Shown: positions 39,903 to 50,360 of the stretch, one piece after another
Layout of the letters: every line of letters starts with the position of its first letter
How positions within the stretch are numbered: position 1 is the first letter of the stretch
Assembly (NCBI GenBank): GCA_902634185.1
Contig: CACPJC010000004.1
Coordinates: 53,554-117,553 of the forward strand
Reading direction: 5' to 3'
DNA length: 64,000 bases
DNA from: an uncultured Candidatus Actinomarina sp.
GTDB taxonomy: Bacteria; Actinomycetota; Acidimicrobiia; Actinomarinales; Actinomarinaceae
Position numbers and translations under genes: made by a program
Notes under the pieces: generated by a model
What the model saw: only the letters and a program-made list of their open reading frames with translations
Told to the model about the DNA's origin: nothing
The model's database searches: none

Positions 39903-40934
39903 ATGGTAAATAATCTCTATGTTGTAACTCCAAGAGGATTTTGTGCAGGTGTCGAAATGGCAATAAAAGCACTAACTTGGATGCTTAAAATTTATGATGA
40001 ACCTGTTTATTGCTATCACGAAATTGTACATAATGACTGGATTGTTCAAAAGTTCAAGGACAAAAATGTTATATTCATTGAGGATCCAAAAGATCTACCG
40101 AAAGATTCTATTGTCATGCTTTCGGCTCATGGAACTGCACCATTGATTGAGATGGAATTCAAAAATATTTCAATGACCAGTGTCAATTCTGTCTGTCCTC
40201 TTGTTACAAAAGTTCATCATGAAGCAAAGAGATTTAGTGAAGATGGAAAGAAGATAATCTATGTAGGTCATAAGAATCACGATGAGGCTATAGGAGCACT
40301 GGGTGTTGCACCAGATAATATGGTATTGGTAGAGTCTGTCGAAGATATTGATCAAACTAATTTACACAACGACAAGGTTGCATTGCTTGCTCAAACTACA
40401 CTTGCAATGTCTGAATGGGAACCAATAATAAATAAAGCAAAAAGTGAGTACCAAAATATTGAATTACCAAGAAAAAGTGATTTATGTTATGCGACTACTA
40501 ATAGACAAAAAGCACTAATAAATATTGCAAACAAAGTTGATAAAGTACTGGTAGTTGGATCAAGTACCTCAAGTAATACGAATGCACTAGTAACTACTAT
40601 TAATAATTTAGGAAAAGAAGCTCATAGAATAGAGACTCTAGACGATTTAGATAATATAAGTTTAGATAATGTAGATGTTGCTATCACTGCAGGAGCATCT
40701 GCCCCAGATCATATCGTCAAAGAAATATCAGAATATTTAAACCCAAATAATTTAGAATTTTTTATTGACACAACTGAGGAAGAGTATTTTCCACTTCCTA
40801 AAGAATTAAGAAGTAATATAACCTCACTTTCAAAACTTTTAAAAAATATGTTTCCAACAAATAGTAAAGAAGCTGTAAATGGCATTTCCAAAGATAAAAG
40901 TTGGTCAGCTACTGAAGCTTTAAGTTCTTTATAA
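39903..40934 (+). CDS. ispH: 4-hydroxy-3-methylbut-2-enyl diphosphate reductase
   Basis: It has PRGFCAGVEMAI, SAHG and VGHKNHDE, with three conserved Cys positions. Confidence 0.95.
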   Translation: MVNNLYVVTPRGFCAGVEMAIKALTWMLKIYDEPVYCYHEIVHNDWIVQKFKDKNVIFIEDPKDLPKDSIVMLSAHGTAPLIEMEFKNISMTSVNSVCPLVTKVHHEAKRFSEDGKKIIYVGHKNHDEAIGALGVAPDNMVLVESVEDIDQTNLHNDKVALLAQTTLAMSEWEPIINKAKSEYQNIELPRKSDLCYATTNRQKALINIANKVDKVLVVGSSTSSNTNALVTTINNLGKEAHRIETLDDLDNISLDNVDVAITAGASAPDHIVKEISEYLNPNNLEFFIDTTEEEYFPLPKELRSNITSLSKLLKNMFPTNSKEAVNGISKDKSWSATEALSSL

Positions 40935-41523
40935 TAAGATCAATTGTTTCATCGATCGATAAATTTGAATTATCAATAACGAGTGCACCTTCTGGAATAG
41001 TTAAGGGAGAAAATAGTCTATTTTTATCTTCAAAATCTCTTTTTTTAACATCATAAATTGTTTCCTCCATATTTGATTGACCTTCTCTTCTTTTACCTCT
41101 GGTTTCCAAATCTGCATCTAAATATACTTTGTGTTCAGCATCTGGAAATACAACGCTACCCATATCCCTACCTTCAATTACAAGTGGTTTGTCGATATTT
41201 TCGAAATAACTAATTAAACAATCTTTAACCAATATTCTTAACCCTACTTTTTTTGCAATTTCTGAACTTTTTACAGAAACTTCATTGTCATATAAATCTT
41301 CTTCATTAAAAATTACACCATTAACGTTGCACTGTTCAGAAACAATTTCAATTTTTAAATCTTCAATTTGTACGTTTTTGTTATTTAGTAAAAATTTTGC
41401 AACAGATCTATAAATGGATCCACTTGAGAAAAAACAAGAATTTAATATAGTTGCAATACTTTTGCCAACTGAGGTTTTTCCAACTCCGGATGGGCCATCA
41501 ATTGTTACAAGAAACTTTTCCAT
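40909..41523 (-). CDS. cmk: cytidylate kinase
   Basis: It has the IDGPSGVGKTSVGK P-loop and the cmk-der order. Confidence 0.9.
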   Translation of the reverse strand: MEKFLVTIDGPSGVGKTSVGKSIATILNSCFFSSGSIYRSVAKFLLNNKNVQIEDLKIEIVSEQCNVNGVIFNEEDLYDNEVSVKSSEIAKKVGLRILVKDCLISYFENIDKPLVIEGRDMGSVVFPDAEHKVYLDADLETRGKRREGQSNMEETIYDVKKRDFEDKNRLFSPLTIPEGALVIDNSNLSIDETIDLIIKNLKLQ

Positions 41524-41529
41524 ATATTG

Positions 41530-41535
41530 ATTCTA
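41530..41535 (-). promoter_or_regulatory. candidate -10 box (TAGAAT) of a leaderless promoter for cmk
   Basis: The TANNNT hexamer sits at -12..-7 of the ATG at 41523. Confidence 0.3.
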
Positions 41536-41540
41536 TATTT

Positions 41541-42188
41541 CTAGTTACTGTTTATTTGAGATAATTGACCAATTTTCATATCTTCTATTGAAAAATTGCC
41601 AATAGAAATTCTCTTTAAATTTCTAATTTCAACATTGTTTTTTGCAAATACTCTTCTAATTTCTCTGTTTTTTCCAGTATTAAGAGTCACTTTATATTCA
41701 AATTTATTCAATTTACTTAATTTATTTATAACAAGTTTTTCGTTTTTATCAGTTACAACTCTTTTAAAAGAGTTAAGAACAATTGGTTGTGAAACGGTTA
41801 CTATGTATTCTTTTTCGTAGCCCTTTGAGGGATGATTAATATTGTTCAGCCAATCTCCATCATTGCTTAATAGCATCAACCCTTCTGAATCTTTATCAAG
41901 TCTTCCACTATATTTAAGTTCATTATCAACTATGTCATATATAGTCTTAGATTTTGCTTGTGCTTTTGTAGAGCAAACATATCCTATCGGTTTATAAAAT
42001 TTGAAATATTTATACACAATCTTTGATGACAAAATTTTGTTTTGATATGTTATTACATCTGTAGTCATAATATCTTGCCCTATAACTGCAAGTTTATTAT
42101 TGACAGTTATTTTTTTTGCTTTAATTAATTCATCAGCATTTCTTCTTGATGTATTTAGGTGAAGAGCTAAATATTTATTTATTCTCAA
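41541..42188 (-). CDS. rluB: pseudouridine synthase (RsuA/RluB family)
   Basis: It has an S4 domain N-terminus and the catalytic motif GRLDKDSEGLMLLSNDG. Confidence 0.85.
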   Translation of the reverse strand: MRINKYLALHLNTSRRNADELIKAKKITVNNKLAVIGQDIMTTDVITYQNKILSSKIVYKYFKFYKPIGYVCSTKAQAKSKTIYDIVDNELKYSGRLDKDSEGLMLLSNDGDWLNNINHPSKGYEKEYIVTVSQPIVLNSFKRVVTDKNEKLVINKLSKLNKFEYKVTLNTGKNREIRRVFAKNNVEIRNLKRISIGNFSIEDMKIGQLSQINSN

Positions 42189-42743
42189 TTATTCTTCTTC
42201 AGACGGCGATGAGAAATATTCACCGATAGTAGGTAAATCATTTAAACTTTCAAAGCCTGTTTTCTCTAAAAACTCATCTGTTGTTGAATATAAAATAGGA
42301 CTACCAGGAACATCCAGCTCCCCTGACTTGTATACAAGACCTCGGGATTCAAGAGTCTTTATAGATGATTCAGATTCTATTCCCCTGATCTCAGAAACTT
42401 TTAACTTTGTAACAGGTTGTTCATATGCAATTATCGCAAGAGTTTCTAAAGCTGGTGTTGATAAGCCTTTTAAAACTGATGGAGGCTTTACTGAATCTAA
42501 ATATTTTGGTATATCATTTACAGTCACTAAATCAGATTTTGTTGAATCAAATCGTAAATAGAATCCAAAACCAAGATTGGTTAAGTCGTTGTTAATTTCA
42601 TCAAATAATTTAAATAGTTTATTTCCATTTATCTCTAAAAGTTCTTCAAAATAGGAGTTTTGCACAGGCCCATCACTTACCAAAAGAGTCGCTGTTATGA
42701 TTTTCTTATTCTTCATAATTTTTTTCAATCTTAATAAGCTCAT
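42189..42743 (-). CDS. scpB: segregation and condensation protein B
   Basis: ALETLAIIAYEQPVTKLKVSEIRG is the ScpB signature. The start may instead be the internal ATG at 42716. Confidence 0.85.
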   Translation of the reverse strand: MSLLRLKKIMKNKKIITATLLVSDGPVQNSYFEELLEINGNKLFKLFDEINNDLTNLGFGFYLRFDSTKSDLVTVNDIPKYLDSVKPPSVLKGLSTPALETLAIIAYEQPVTKLKVSEIRGIESESSIKTLESRGLVYKSGELDVPGSPILYSTTDEFLEKTGFESLNDLPTIGEYFSSPSEEE

Positions 42744-43416
42744 TATTATTAACTTGTTCTGCTTTTACAAATCCCCAACGTATTGCTTCAAGTAAAGCTA
42801 AAAAAATTGCAACTGCTTGTTCAGAAGTCTCAACTTCAGATGCAAGCTCTTCAAAAGAAGTAGTTAATCTTTTGTCTACATCAGACAATAAAGAATTAAT
42901 CGCTTCATCTATGTCAGGTAAATCGTACTCGATATGATCAAAGCCTTTAATTGATTTATATCTAATAAAAACTTCTTCAGCTGTTTCTTGAAGTATTTTT
43001 TTATCAATAGTTATTTCAATATCAGGTTTACTAAACAGATTTAAAGTCTGATAATATTTAAAAGCACTGATAGACATTTCATTTTCGCGTATTACTGAGG
43101 CAAGAGCAATTCCAACTTCTGAAAAAGCTTTGAACTGTAATAATCTTGCAAATGCCAAATCTTTGTCCTTAATCAATTGAATTTCGTCAATCCAATCGAC
43201 TTCTTCATTTTGGGGAAGTAAACTTTTAGCTTTCATTTCAAATAATGAGGCAACTAGCAAAACAATCTCTGAAAAACTATCAATATCTTTTCTAACATTT
43301 TCGACATTTAAAGATGAGAAGAGATTTAATAGGTTAGTGTTTAAATTTTCATTTTTATTATCAGAAAAATCGATAAGTAATGATTTAAGATTTGAAATTA
43401 TGTCATTTAAATCCAT
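42706..43416 (-). CDS. scpA: segregation and condensation protein A
   Basis: It contains ...LFEMKAKSLLP... and lies upstream of scpB. Confidence 0.7.
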   Translation of the reverse strand: MDLNDIISNLKSLLIDFSDNKNENLNTNLLNLFSSLNVENVRKDIDSFSEIVLLVASLFEMKAKSLLPQNEEVDWIDEIQLIKDKDLAFARLLQFKAFSEVGIALASVIRENEMSISAFKYYQTLNLFSKPDIEITIDKKILQETAEEVFIRYKSIKGFDHIEYDLPDIDEAINSLLSDVDKRLTTSFEELASEVETSEQAVAIFLALLEAIRWGFVKAEQVNNNELIKIEKNYEE

Positions 43417-43889
43417 TAATAATCAGTTTTATCCAATATGAAGTGTTTATTCTGTAATAATTCTTTTTTATAGTATTGAATAATGTCATCTTTAACTGAA
43501 TATTTTTCTAATTCAGTTAAGCCGTTTATTTCATGATCAAGATATAAACGAGATTTATCATTGTTTACAATTTTCAGTTCAGAAAATATCCTAAATATCC
43601 AAGAAAAATGTGATATTGATTTTCCAATGTCATGAATAAGAGAAAGAGTAAATAAATTATTTAACGACTCCAATTCTTTAATAGATAGTGATTCATTATC
43701 AAATGACATATCTATTGTGCGTTCAAGAACTTCTACAGAATGATGCCTGTCTTGCATTGAGAGTTGCCAAAATAATCTTAGAAGATTATCGTCGTTTAGT
43801 TGTTGCATGACTTTTATCTGATCTTCAACTGGAAGATGTTTATAAAACAAAAACCTAATTGCTCGTTTGATTTTTAAATATAATTTCAT
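43416..43889 (-). CDS. HD-domain protein
   Basis: It has H..VE and LIHDIGKS motifs. Confidence 0.55.
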   Translation of the reverse strand: MKLYLKIKRAIRFLFYKHLPVEDQIKVMQQLNDDNLLRLFWQLSMQDRHHSVEVLERTIDMSFDNESLSIKELESLNNLFTLSLIHDIGKSISHFSWIFRIFSELKIVNNDKSRLYLDHEINGLTELEKYSVKDDIIQYYKKELLQNKHFILDKTDY

Positions 43890-44767
43890 GCTCTTGGATG
43901 ACTCTCTTTAAAGATTTCTACCAAAAATTCCTTGGTTAATTTAGTATAAATCTTTGTTGTAGAAACTGATGTATGTCCTAATAATTCTTGTAATGTCCTA
44001 AGGTCACATCCTGCCTCAAGCATATGTGTAGCTGCACTATGTCTCAATGTGTGTGGATGAACTGATAATGCAGTATCCGAAAGTGTTGCAGACTTTTTAA
44101 TAATTCTAAAAATTGCTGTTCTATCGAGCTGATTTATGTTTTTTGATAAAAATAAGTATGGTTCTTGAGTATTTAATTCATCACGAAATTTTAAGTACTT
44201 TGATAAATTAATTTTTAATTCAGAACCTATTGGAACAATTCTCTGTTTAGAACCTTTTCCAAATAGCTTTACAAAATCTTCTTCAAAATCTAAATCTGAT
44301 ACTCTTACGTCACATAGTTCCGAAACTCTACAGGCAGTCGAATACATAAAATCAATCAACGTTAAATTTCTAGAGTTCATATAGTTTGTGTGATCATAGA
44401 CGTTTATTAATCTATTAATATCTGATATTGATATGGTTTCAGGTAGATATGAGCCTTTTTTTAAACTAACTTTCTCAATAACAATCTGATATTCCTTATT
44501 ATCTAAATTAAACCAATCAATATATTGATGTATAGATGAAATTTTTCTTATCTTCGAATTATCAGATTTGTCATTAAGTTCTGAAGTTATGAATAGCTCA
44601 ATAAGATCATTATTTATTATATTCTCACCGGTAAATTCAAAAAATTGAGTTATATCTGATTCGTATGCGCTTATAGTGTTTGCTGATAGCCCTTTTTTAA
44701 ATTTTAAAAAATTTGTAAACTCTAGGACTAAATCTTTGTTACTTTTCTTTGATTGTTTCTGAGACAA
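43886..44767 (-). CDS. xerD: site-specific tyrosine recombinase XerD
   Basis: It has the catalytic C-terminus HTLRHSAATHMLEAGCDLRTLQELLGHTSVSTTKIYT. It lies downstream of pyrG, as in other Actinobacteria. Confidence 0.8.
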   Translation of the reverse strand: MSQKQSKKSNKDLVLEFTNFLKFKKGLSANTISAYESDITQFFEFTGENIINNDLIELFITSELNDKSDNSKIRKISSIHQYIDWFNLDNKEYQIVIEKVSLKKGSYLPETISISDINRLINVYDHTNYMNSRNLTLIDFMYSTACRVSELCDVRVSDLDFEEDFVKLFGKGSKQRIVPIGSELKINLSKYLKFRDELNTQEPYLFLSKNINQLDRTAIFRIIKKSATLSDTALSVHPHTLRHSAATHMLEAGCDLRTLQELLGHTSVSTTKIYTKLTKEFLVEIFKESHPRA

Positions 44768-46367
44768 TGTTTTCTGATTTTATTGATATGTTTTTAATTG
44801 AAGCAAGTACAAATTCTTTGAATAAAGGAGCTGGGTCCCATGGCCTTGATTTAAATTCAGGATGAAATTGCGAAGCTATAAAAAATGGGTGGTCTGGAAT
44901 TTCTATCATTTCAACTAAATTATTGTCTGGGGAAACTCCCCCAATTTTTAGACCTTTTTCTACTAATATGTCTCTATATTTATTATTCACTTCATATCTA
45001 TGCCTATGTCTTTCATAAATTACTTCATCACTATAAATTTGTGCAGCTAATGAATCATCATTTAATTTACATGGGTATGTACCTAGTCTCATAGATGCAC
45101 CGACATCATCTTTTTCTAAATCTTGATTTGGTAGTAAATCAATCACATAATTTTTTGTGTTTTTTGAAAATTCTGAAGAGTTTGCATCATCAATTCCACA
45201 AACATTTCTTGCAAATTCGATTACAGCACATTGTAATCCCAGACATATACCTAAAAATGGTATGTTATTTTTTCTAATATACTCTATTGCTGAAATCTTT
45301 CCTTCTATCCCCCTGTATCCAAATCCTCCAGGGACAATAACCCCGTCCATATCTTGTAGATTTTCTATTTCAAAATTGTCTGCATCTATCCAGTGAAGAT
45401 CGAGTTTTACTTTATTTTGAAGACAGGCATGATTAAGTGACTCTACGACAGAGAGGTAGCTATCTGGTAATCCAAAATATTTTCCAAGGATTGCAATCTT
45501 AACTGTTTCATTTGCTTCAAGTTTGAGATTTACCATTGTTTTCCATTCCTCTAATGAAGGTTCATTAGTTTGTAGATTCAATCTCTCATCAACTGATTTA
45601 TCAAGACCTTCATCACGCATCCTTAAAGGAACGGCATAGATATCATCTAAATCAGGTGCATTAATTACATTATTTACTGCAACATCGCAAAATAATGAAA
45701 CTTTGCTCTTTATCTCATCATTAAGTTCTCTGTCTGATCTCAAAACAATTAAATCAGGAGAGATACCTGCTGCTCTTAATAAAGATACGGAATGTTGAGT
45801 AGGTTTTGTTTTTAACTCGGTACTTGGACCGATAAAAGGTACCAATGTGACGTGAATAAACATTACGTTTTCAGTTCCTAATTCTTTCCTTATTTGTCTT
45901 GCAGCTTCTAGAAATGGAAGAATTTCAATATCTCCAACGGTTCCCCCAATTTCAGTGATTTGAACATCTACATCATTTGAGATTCCCTTAATTCTTCTTT
46001 TTATTTCATCAGTAATATGGGGAATAACTTGAACAGTTGCACCTAAGTAATCTCCTTTTCTCTCGCTTTCAATTACTTTTCTGTAAATACTTCCTGTTGT
46101 AACGTTGGAGTCTTTTCTTAAATTAACGCCTGTAAACCTTTCATAATGACCAAGATCTAAATCAGTTGTTGCTCCATCTTCAGTTACAAAAACTTCACCA
46201 TGTTGAAAGGGATTCATTGTATCCGGATCAACATTAATATAAGGATCTAATTTTTGATTTATAACGCTTAATCCACGAGCTTTGAGAAGGTTTCCAAGAG
46301 ATGCAGATGTAATCCCTTTACCAAGACCAGAGACAACACCACCGGTGACAAAAATGTATTTGGTCAC
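44739..46367 (-). CDS. pyrG: CTP synthase
   Basis: It has [16 protein letters not shown] and the GATase motif GICLGLQ. The start is GTG. Confidence 0.97.
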   Translation of the reverse strand: MTKYIFVTGGVVSGLGKGITSASLGNLLKARGLSVINQKLDPYINVDPDTMNPFQHGEVFVTEDGATTDLDLGHYERFTGVNLRKDSNVTTGSIYRKVIESERKGDYLGATVQVIPHITDEIKRRIKGISNDVDVQITEIGGTVGDIEILPFLEAARQIRKELGTENVMFIHVTLVPFIGPSTELKTKPTQHSVSLLRAAGISPDLIVLRSDRELNDEIKSKVSLFCDVAVNNVINAPDLDDIYAVPLRMRDEGLDKSVDERLNLQTNEPSLEEWKTMVNLKLEANETVKIAILGKYFGLPDSYLSVVESLNHACLQNKVKLDLHWIDADNFEIENLQDMDGVIVPGGFGYRGIEGKISAIEYIRKNNIPFLGICLGLQCAVIEFARNVCGIDDANSSEFSKNTKNYVIDLLPNQDLEKDDVGASMRLGTYPCKLNDDSLAAQIYSDEVIYERHRHRYEVNNKYRDILVEKGLKIGGVSPDNNLVEMIEIPDHPFFIASQFHPEFKSRPWDPAPLFKEFVLASIKNISIKSENIVSETIKEK

Positions 46368-46373
46368 ATTGAA

Positions 46374-46379
46374 ACTTTA
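46374..46379 (-). promoter_or_regulatory. candidate -10 box (TAAAGT) of a leaderless promoter for pyrG
   Basis: The TANNNT hexamer sits at -12..-7 of the GTG at 46367. Confidence 0.3.
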
Positions 46380-46404
46380 GCATATAAAGAATTAAATAAA
46401 AGGA

Positions 46405-47202
46405 CTATCTTAAAATTTGATTTAAAAATAAATCTAACTTTGGATCATTATCTGTGCCAAGTATGTTTATAGATTTATCTGATAAGCCATAAACATACTT
46501 CAGATTCTGATCATTTTTTTCTTGAACTTCAACAACTCCATCAAACTGAATGGCATAATTTTGATTCTTATTTATTGATACTTCAATCAAACTATTTTTA
46601 TCTATGACTATAGATCTTGGAAACTTTGAAAATGGAGAGATTGGTGTTATAGATATAACATCTAGATTATTTTGAATAATTGGACCACCAGCAGAGTAAT
46701 TGTATGCAGTAGAACCAAGTGAAGTTGATAGAATAAGCCCGTCAGCACGTAATTTTACTTTTTGTTCATACATTGATAATTCCAGATCAAGAATCCTGGT
46801 TGGAGAATTTTTAATAATAACGACTTCATTGAAAGCAGGGAGGCTAAGGTCATTATTTTGAATTATTGCTTTTCTTTTAACAACATCGTAATCATCATTT
46901 TTCCAAGACTTAAGAATATTTCCAAGATTTTCAGAAGATGAAACTAAATAACCTAATCTTCCAGGACCAATCGTGATTAAAGAAGTATTTTTTTCCCATG
47001 CAACACGCATTGCTTTTAGAGCTGTACCATCACCACCAATGCTTATAATTAAGTCGGGGTCAATCTTATTTAATTCTTTTGAATCTGATTCGACGTCAAA
47101 TACATCGTATTTTAAATTATTTTTCTCTAAAGTTTTAAAAATGTCATCAGATATTTTTTTTGATAGATACTTTTTAGATGAAATTATTAATAAATTCTTC
47201 AC
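46405..47202 (-). CDS. nadK: NAD kinase
   Basis: It has the GGDGT motif, the later ADGLILSTSLGSTAYNYSAGGPI, and a GTG start. Confidence 0.9.
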   Translation of the reverse strand: MKNLLIISSKKYLSKKISDDIFKTLEKNNLKYDVFDVESDSKELNKIDPDLIISIGGDGTALKAMRVAWEKNTSLITIGPGRLGYLVSSSENLGNILKSWKNDDYDVVKRKAIIQNNDLSLPAFNEVVIIKNSPTRILDLELSMYEQKVKLRADGLILSTSLGSTAYNYSAGGPIIQNNLDVISITPISPFSKFPRSIVIDKNSLIEVSINKNQNYAIQFDGVVEVQEKNDQNLKYVYGLSDKSINILGTDNDPKLDLFLNQILR

Positions 47203-47208
47203 TAGGAT

Positions 47209-47214
47209 ATATTA
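47209..47214 (-). promoter_or_regulatory. candidate -10 box (TAATAT) of a leaderless promoter for nadK
   Basis: The TANNNT hexamer sits at -12..-7 of the GTG at 47202, and an overlapping TATAAT lies 2 nt further upstream. Confidence 0.35.
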
Positions 47215-47238
47215 TACGTATCTTCTTAGGAGTACAAA

Positions 47239-47946
47239 GTGATACCAATTTCAGATATTAATCCAGCAAAAAGTAATCCAATTATTTCAAGAATTTTTAT
47301 TATTGGATCAATAATTGTTTACGTACTTATCCAACCAAAAAATCCTAGTGAGCTTTTTAATTTTTTTTATGAATTTGCTGCGATACCCTGTGAGATATTT
47401 AACAATAAACCGCTGTCAATAGAACAGTACTATAACAATGATTGTTCTGCTCTAACTAGTAATATTGTTTTCGAAAATAAAAATATTTTTTTAAGCCTAA
47501 TCCTCTCCAATATTTTCCATGCAAACTTTATACACATATTAGGAAACCTTTGGAGTTTTTGGATATTTGGAAACAACATAGAAGATGTTTTAGGAAGAGC
47601 TAGATTTATTATATTTCTTTTTATGACTGGATTGTTCAGTATGTTTGCTCACGTTATTTTAAATTTTAATGATATTAATCCAATTGTTGGAGCATCAGGT
47701 ATAGTATCGGCATTAATGGGTGCTTATGTGTATTTATTTCCAAATGCTCAATTACTTGTTCTGGTTCCTTTTGGATTTTTATTTCCAACAACAATAAGAG
47801 CAAAATTCTTTATGATTTTTTGGTTTTTTTCTCAAATTTTTATAGCTTTACAAAATAATAATATTTCATGGGAAGCTCATATTGGAGGATTTTTAATTGG
47901 ATACTTAGTTCTTAGAATTTTTAATTATAGAAGATACACTCTGTGA
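47239..47946 (+). CDS. rhomboid-family intramembrane serine protease
   Basis: It has GASG (catalytic Ser) and HIGGFLIG (catalytic His). The GTG start follows an AGGAG SD. Confidence 0.85.
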   Translation: MIPISDINPAKSNPIISRIFIIGSIIVYVLIQPKNPSELFNFFYEFAAIPCEIFNNKPLSIEQYYNNDCSALTSNIVFENKNIFLSLILSNIFHANFIHILGNLWSFWIFGNNIEDVLGRARFIIFLFMTGLFSMFAHVILNFNDINPIVGASGIVSALMGAYVYLFPNAQLLVLVPFGFLFPTTIRAKFFMIFWFFSQIFIALQNNNISWEAHIGGFLIGYLVLRIFNYRRYTL

Positions 47947-48666
47947 AAAAGTATCGAACTTAAAATCTGCTATATCTTCATCCAAATAGTTTTTTATTGA
48001 AGAGTCAACAAGATAAGATTTAGCATCAATATATTTTGCAAGTAATATATCTGTGTCAACTCTATCTCCAATAACAGCAAAAATCTGAGGGAATTGTTTC
48101 AACAAATACTCTGAATAAAAGGAATCTGGCTTTCCAAAAGAGTTAATACTTGATCCAACTAAGTTTTCAATTTCCCGTACTATCGCACCATTGCCATCTT
48201 TAAATTCATGATCGTTAATTGGAAATGTAAGATCTTTATTCATAGCAATAACATCAACACCTCTGTTAAAAGCATCCGCAATAATTTCGACGTCATGTCG
48301 TGAAAATGAATCTGTTCTTCCTATAAGGATAATTTCTGATTTATCAATTGGAAAGAGTTTCGTTGTAATCGTCTTTACATATTTTTGTAAATTGTATGAA
48401 CCATGCACATAAATTTTTTTATCAAAATTCTTTAGATAGTCTTTTAAAATTACTAATGGGCTGACAATATCATTAAGATTTATTTCATTAGAAAGCATAT
48501 TTTCTAATTTATTTTTTATTTGATAGGGAGTCTCTGAACTGTTGTTTGTTATGAAAATAATTCTAAAATTATTATTTTTAGCTTCGTGAATAGAATCTTT
48601 TACTCCAGGAATAATTTTTGATTGAAGATAAATAGTTCCGTCAAGGTCTGTAGCGATTATTTTCAC
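47905..48666 (-). CDS. HAD-IIA family hydrolase (NagD-like)
   Basis: It has IATDLDGTIY, FITNNSS and a C-terminal GDR.DTD motif. Confidence 0.75.
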   Translation of the reverse strand: MKIIATDLDGTIYLQSKIIPGVKDSIHEAKNNNFRIIFITNNSSETPYQIKNKLENMLSNEINLNDIVSPLVILKDYLKNFDKKIYVHGSYNLQKYVKTITTKLFPIDKSEIILIGRTDSFSRHDVEIIADAFNRGVDVIAMNKDLTFPINDHEFKDGNGAIVREIENLVGSSINSFGKPDSFYSEYLLKQFPQIFAVIGDRVDTDILLAKYIDAKSYLVDSSIKNYLDEDIADFKFDTFSQSVSSIIKNSKN

Positions 48667-49105
48667 GTTTCTTTTCCATTATTAGAACTTTCGCTGTAAT
48701 TGCATTACTTTCATAAAAATTTTTTGCTTGTCTATCACTTGGTAAGGCAAATGATCTAACTTCCAAATTTTTTATATTTGCATTATCAGCAATGTATTCA
48801 AAAAGTTTTGTACCTAAACCAAGTTCTCTAAAATTATCTTTAATAAACAATTCGTATACATTCCAATAGAAATCAGCCTCTACAATTCTTGCATAGCCAA
48901 CAATATTGGAATTACCTTTTTGAGAAGTTTTTAAAACAAAATAGTACGAATCAAAAGTTTCTGATATTTTTTGATAATAATCAAATAAAACACTATCAAT
49001 ATTTTGAATTTCTTTGTTAAATAAATTTTGAAGTGCAACTGGTGAGTTTTCTTGTTGCTCTATTTCAAAATCTATTCCAAAATCTTGAAATTTTTTTTCA
49101 TACAC
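48641..49105 (-). CDS. GNAT-family N-acetyltransferase
   Basis: The acetyl-CoA binding segment F.ELGLGTKLFEY is present. Confidence 0.7.
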   Translation of the reverse strand: MYEKKFQDFGIDFEIEQQENSPVALQNLFNKEIQNIDSVLFDYYQKISETFDSYYFVLKTSQKGNSNIVGYARIVEADFYWNVYELFIKDNFRELGLGTKLFEYIADNANIKNLEVRSFALPSDRQAKNFYESNAITAKVLIMEKKRENNRYRP

Positions 49106-49457
49106 AATCGTGACAAACCTTTGCTCGTGGTTTAGCTAACTGTGTATTTTTTAGTACCAAGAAACAAAGAGAACATGTAAATTCATCTTCTTGAATATCT
49201 TCTACAGTTTCGTCTAATTTAAGATCTGAGCTTTTAACATTCCTTTTTTCCGCAGCATCGACAGACATGAATGATCCTTCTGCTTCATCATTGTCATCAA
49301 CAGCCTTTTTTTTCTCTGTTTCTACCCTAGCTTCTAAAGATTCTGTTTCTACTTCTTCTTTCTCTTCTTCTTCTTGAGGAGCTTCAGATTCATCTAAATC
49401 TTCCTCAAGGTCCTCCATAGTAGGCTCTTCTATGTCTTCGATCTCTTTATCTGCCAT
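49098..49457 (-). CDS. DUF4193-family protein
   Basis: It has an acidic N-terminal half and the C-terminal FTCSLCFLVLKNTQLA....VCHDC. An AAGGA SD is present. Confidence 0.7.
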   Translation of the reverse strand: MADKEIEDIEEPTMEDLEEDLDESEAPQEEEEKEEVETESLEARVETEKKKAVDDNDEAEGSFMSVDAAEKRNVKSSDLKLDETVEDIQEDEFTCSLCFLVLKNTQLAKPRAKVCHDCV

Positions 49458-49487
49458 AATTGTCCTTAAATTTCTGCTTGAATAATA

Positions 49488-50360
49488 CTAAATTTTGAGA
49501 AGTATAGCTTGTTTTTTAACAATAATCTCAGCAGGACCATTATCAAAATAGTCACCATCAACTTCAATGGGACTTCTAGATTTTAGAGAAATCTTATTAA
49601 TTCTTTTCGATATCACATCGGGATCAGTTAAATGTAGGCCTTTCTTTGCTAAAAAGAATAATTTCATAGCTTTCGTCTTTGTAACTTTAAATATCTGAGT
49701 GTTTAACAATCCATCCTGCAAGCTTGATTTAGGAGAAATGTTCCAACCACCACCAAAGTATTGTCCATTACAAATTGAAATATTAAAGGCGATATCTCTG
49801 AATTCATACGAATCATTGCTTATTTCAAATATGCCACTCTTTGCAAGAAGCAATTTAATCCAAAAACTAATTGGATATCTAAATCTTTTAAAAACTCTTG
49901 GGAGTGCCTCGCTAGTTTTAACTGTTTCAGCTAAAAAACCAAAATTCAATACATTTACAAAATGTCTGGATTTATTTTCTGATTTTATATATGCAACATC
50001 TATTTTGTAATCTTGGTTCGTTTTTAGTCTTTCTACACCTTCATTGATGGTTTTTGGAAATGCAAAAGTTCTCATAAAATCCGAACCACTACCCGAAGGA
50101 AGGCATGCAACTTCTGGATTAGCTATATTGTTTTTTAAAAGTACATCGATCAAATTACTAAGCGTTCCATCACCTCCTACAGCACAAAAAATAACATCAT
50201 CGTCAATATATTTTTTAATAATTACTTCTACTTCTTTGGATTGCATTGTTTGATAAATATCACAATTTAATTGATTTTTATCAAAAATCTTTTGCAAATC
50301 TAGACGCGTTAGTTTTTTACCTCTGGAATTTTTATTATGGATTACTACTATTTTTTTCAC
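49488..50360 (-). CDS. diacylglycerol/lipid kinase family protein
   Basis: It has the GGDGTLSN motif and DAGK catalytic domain architecture. Confidence 0.8.
   Translation of the reverse strand: MKKIVVIHNKNSRGKKLTRLDLQKIFDKNQLNCDIYQTMQSKEVEVIIKKYIDDDVIFCAVGGDGTLSNLIDVLLKNNIANPEVACLPSGSGSDFMRTFAFPKTINEGVERLKTNQDYKIDVAYIKSENKSRHFVNVLNFGFLAETVKTSEALPRVFKRFRYPISFWIKLLLAKSGIFEISNDSYEFRDIAFNISICNGQYFGGGWNISPKSSLQDGLLNTQIFKVTKTKAMKLFFLAKKGLHLTDPDVISKRINKISLKSRSPIEVDGDYFDNGPAEIIVKKQAILLKI

Noticed and set aside
43886-44767. The tyrosine recombinase as a marker of an integrated mobile element
   Set aside because: It sits in the conserved pyrG-xerD-scpAB housekeeping context and overlaps both neighbours. 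I saw no flanking repeats, tRNA or cargo genes, so it is the chromosomal dimer-resolution recombinase.
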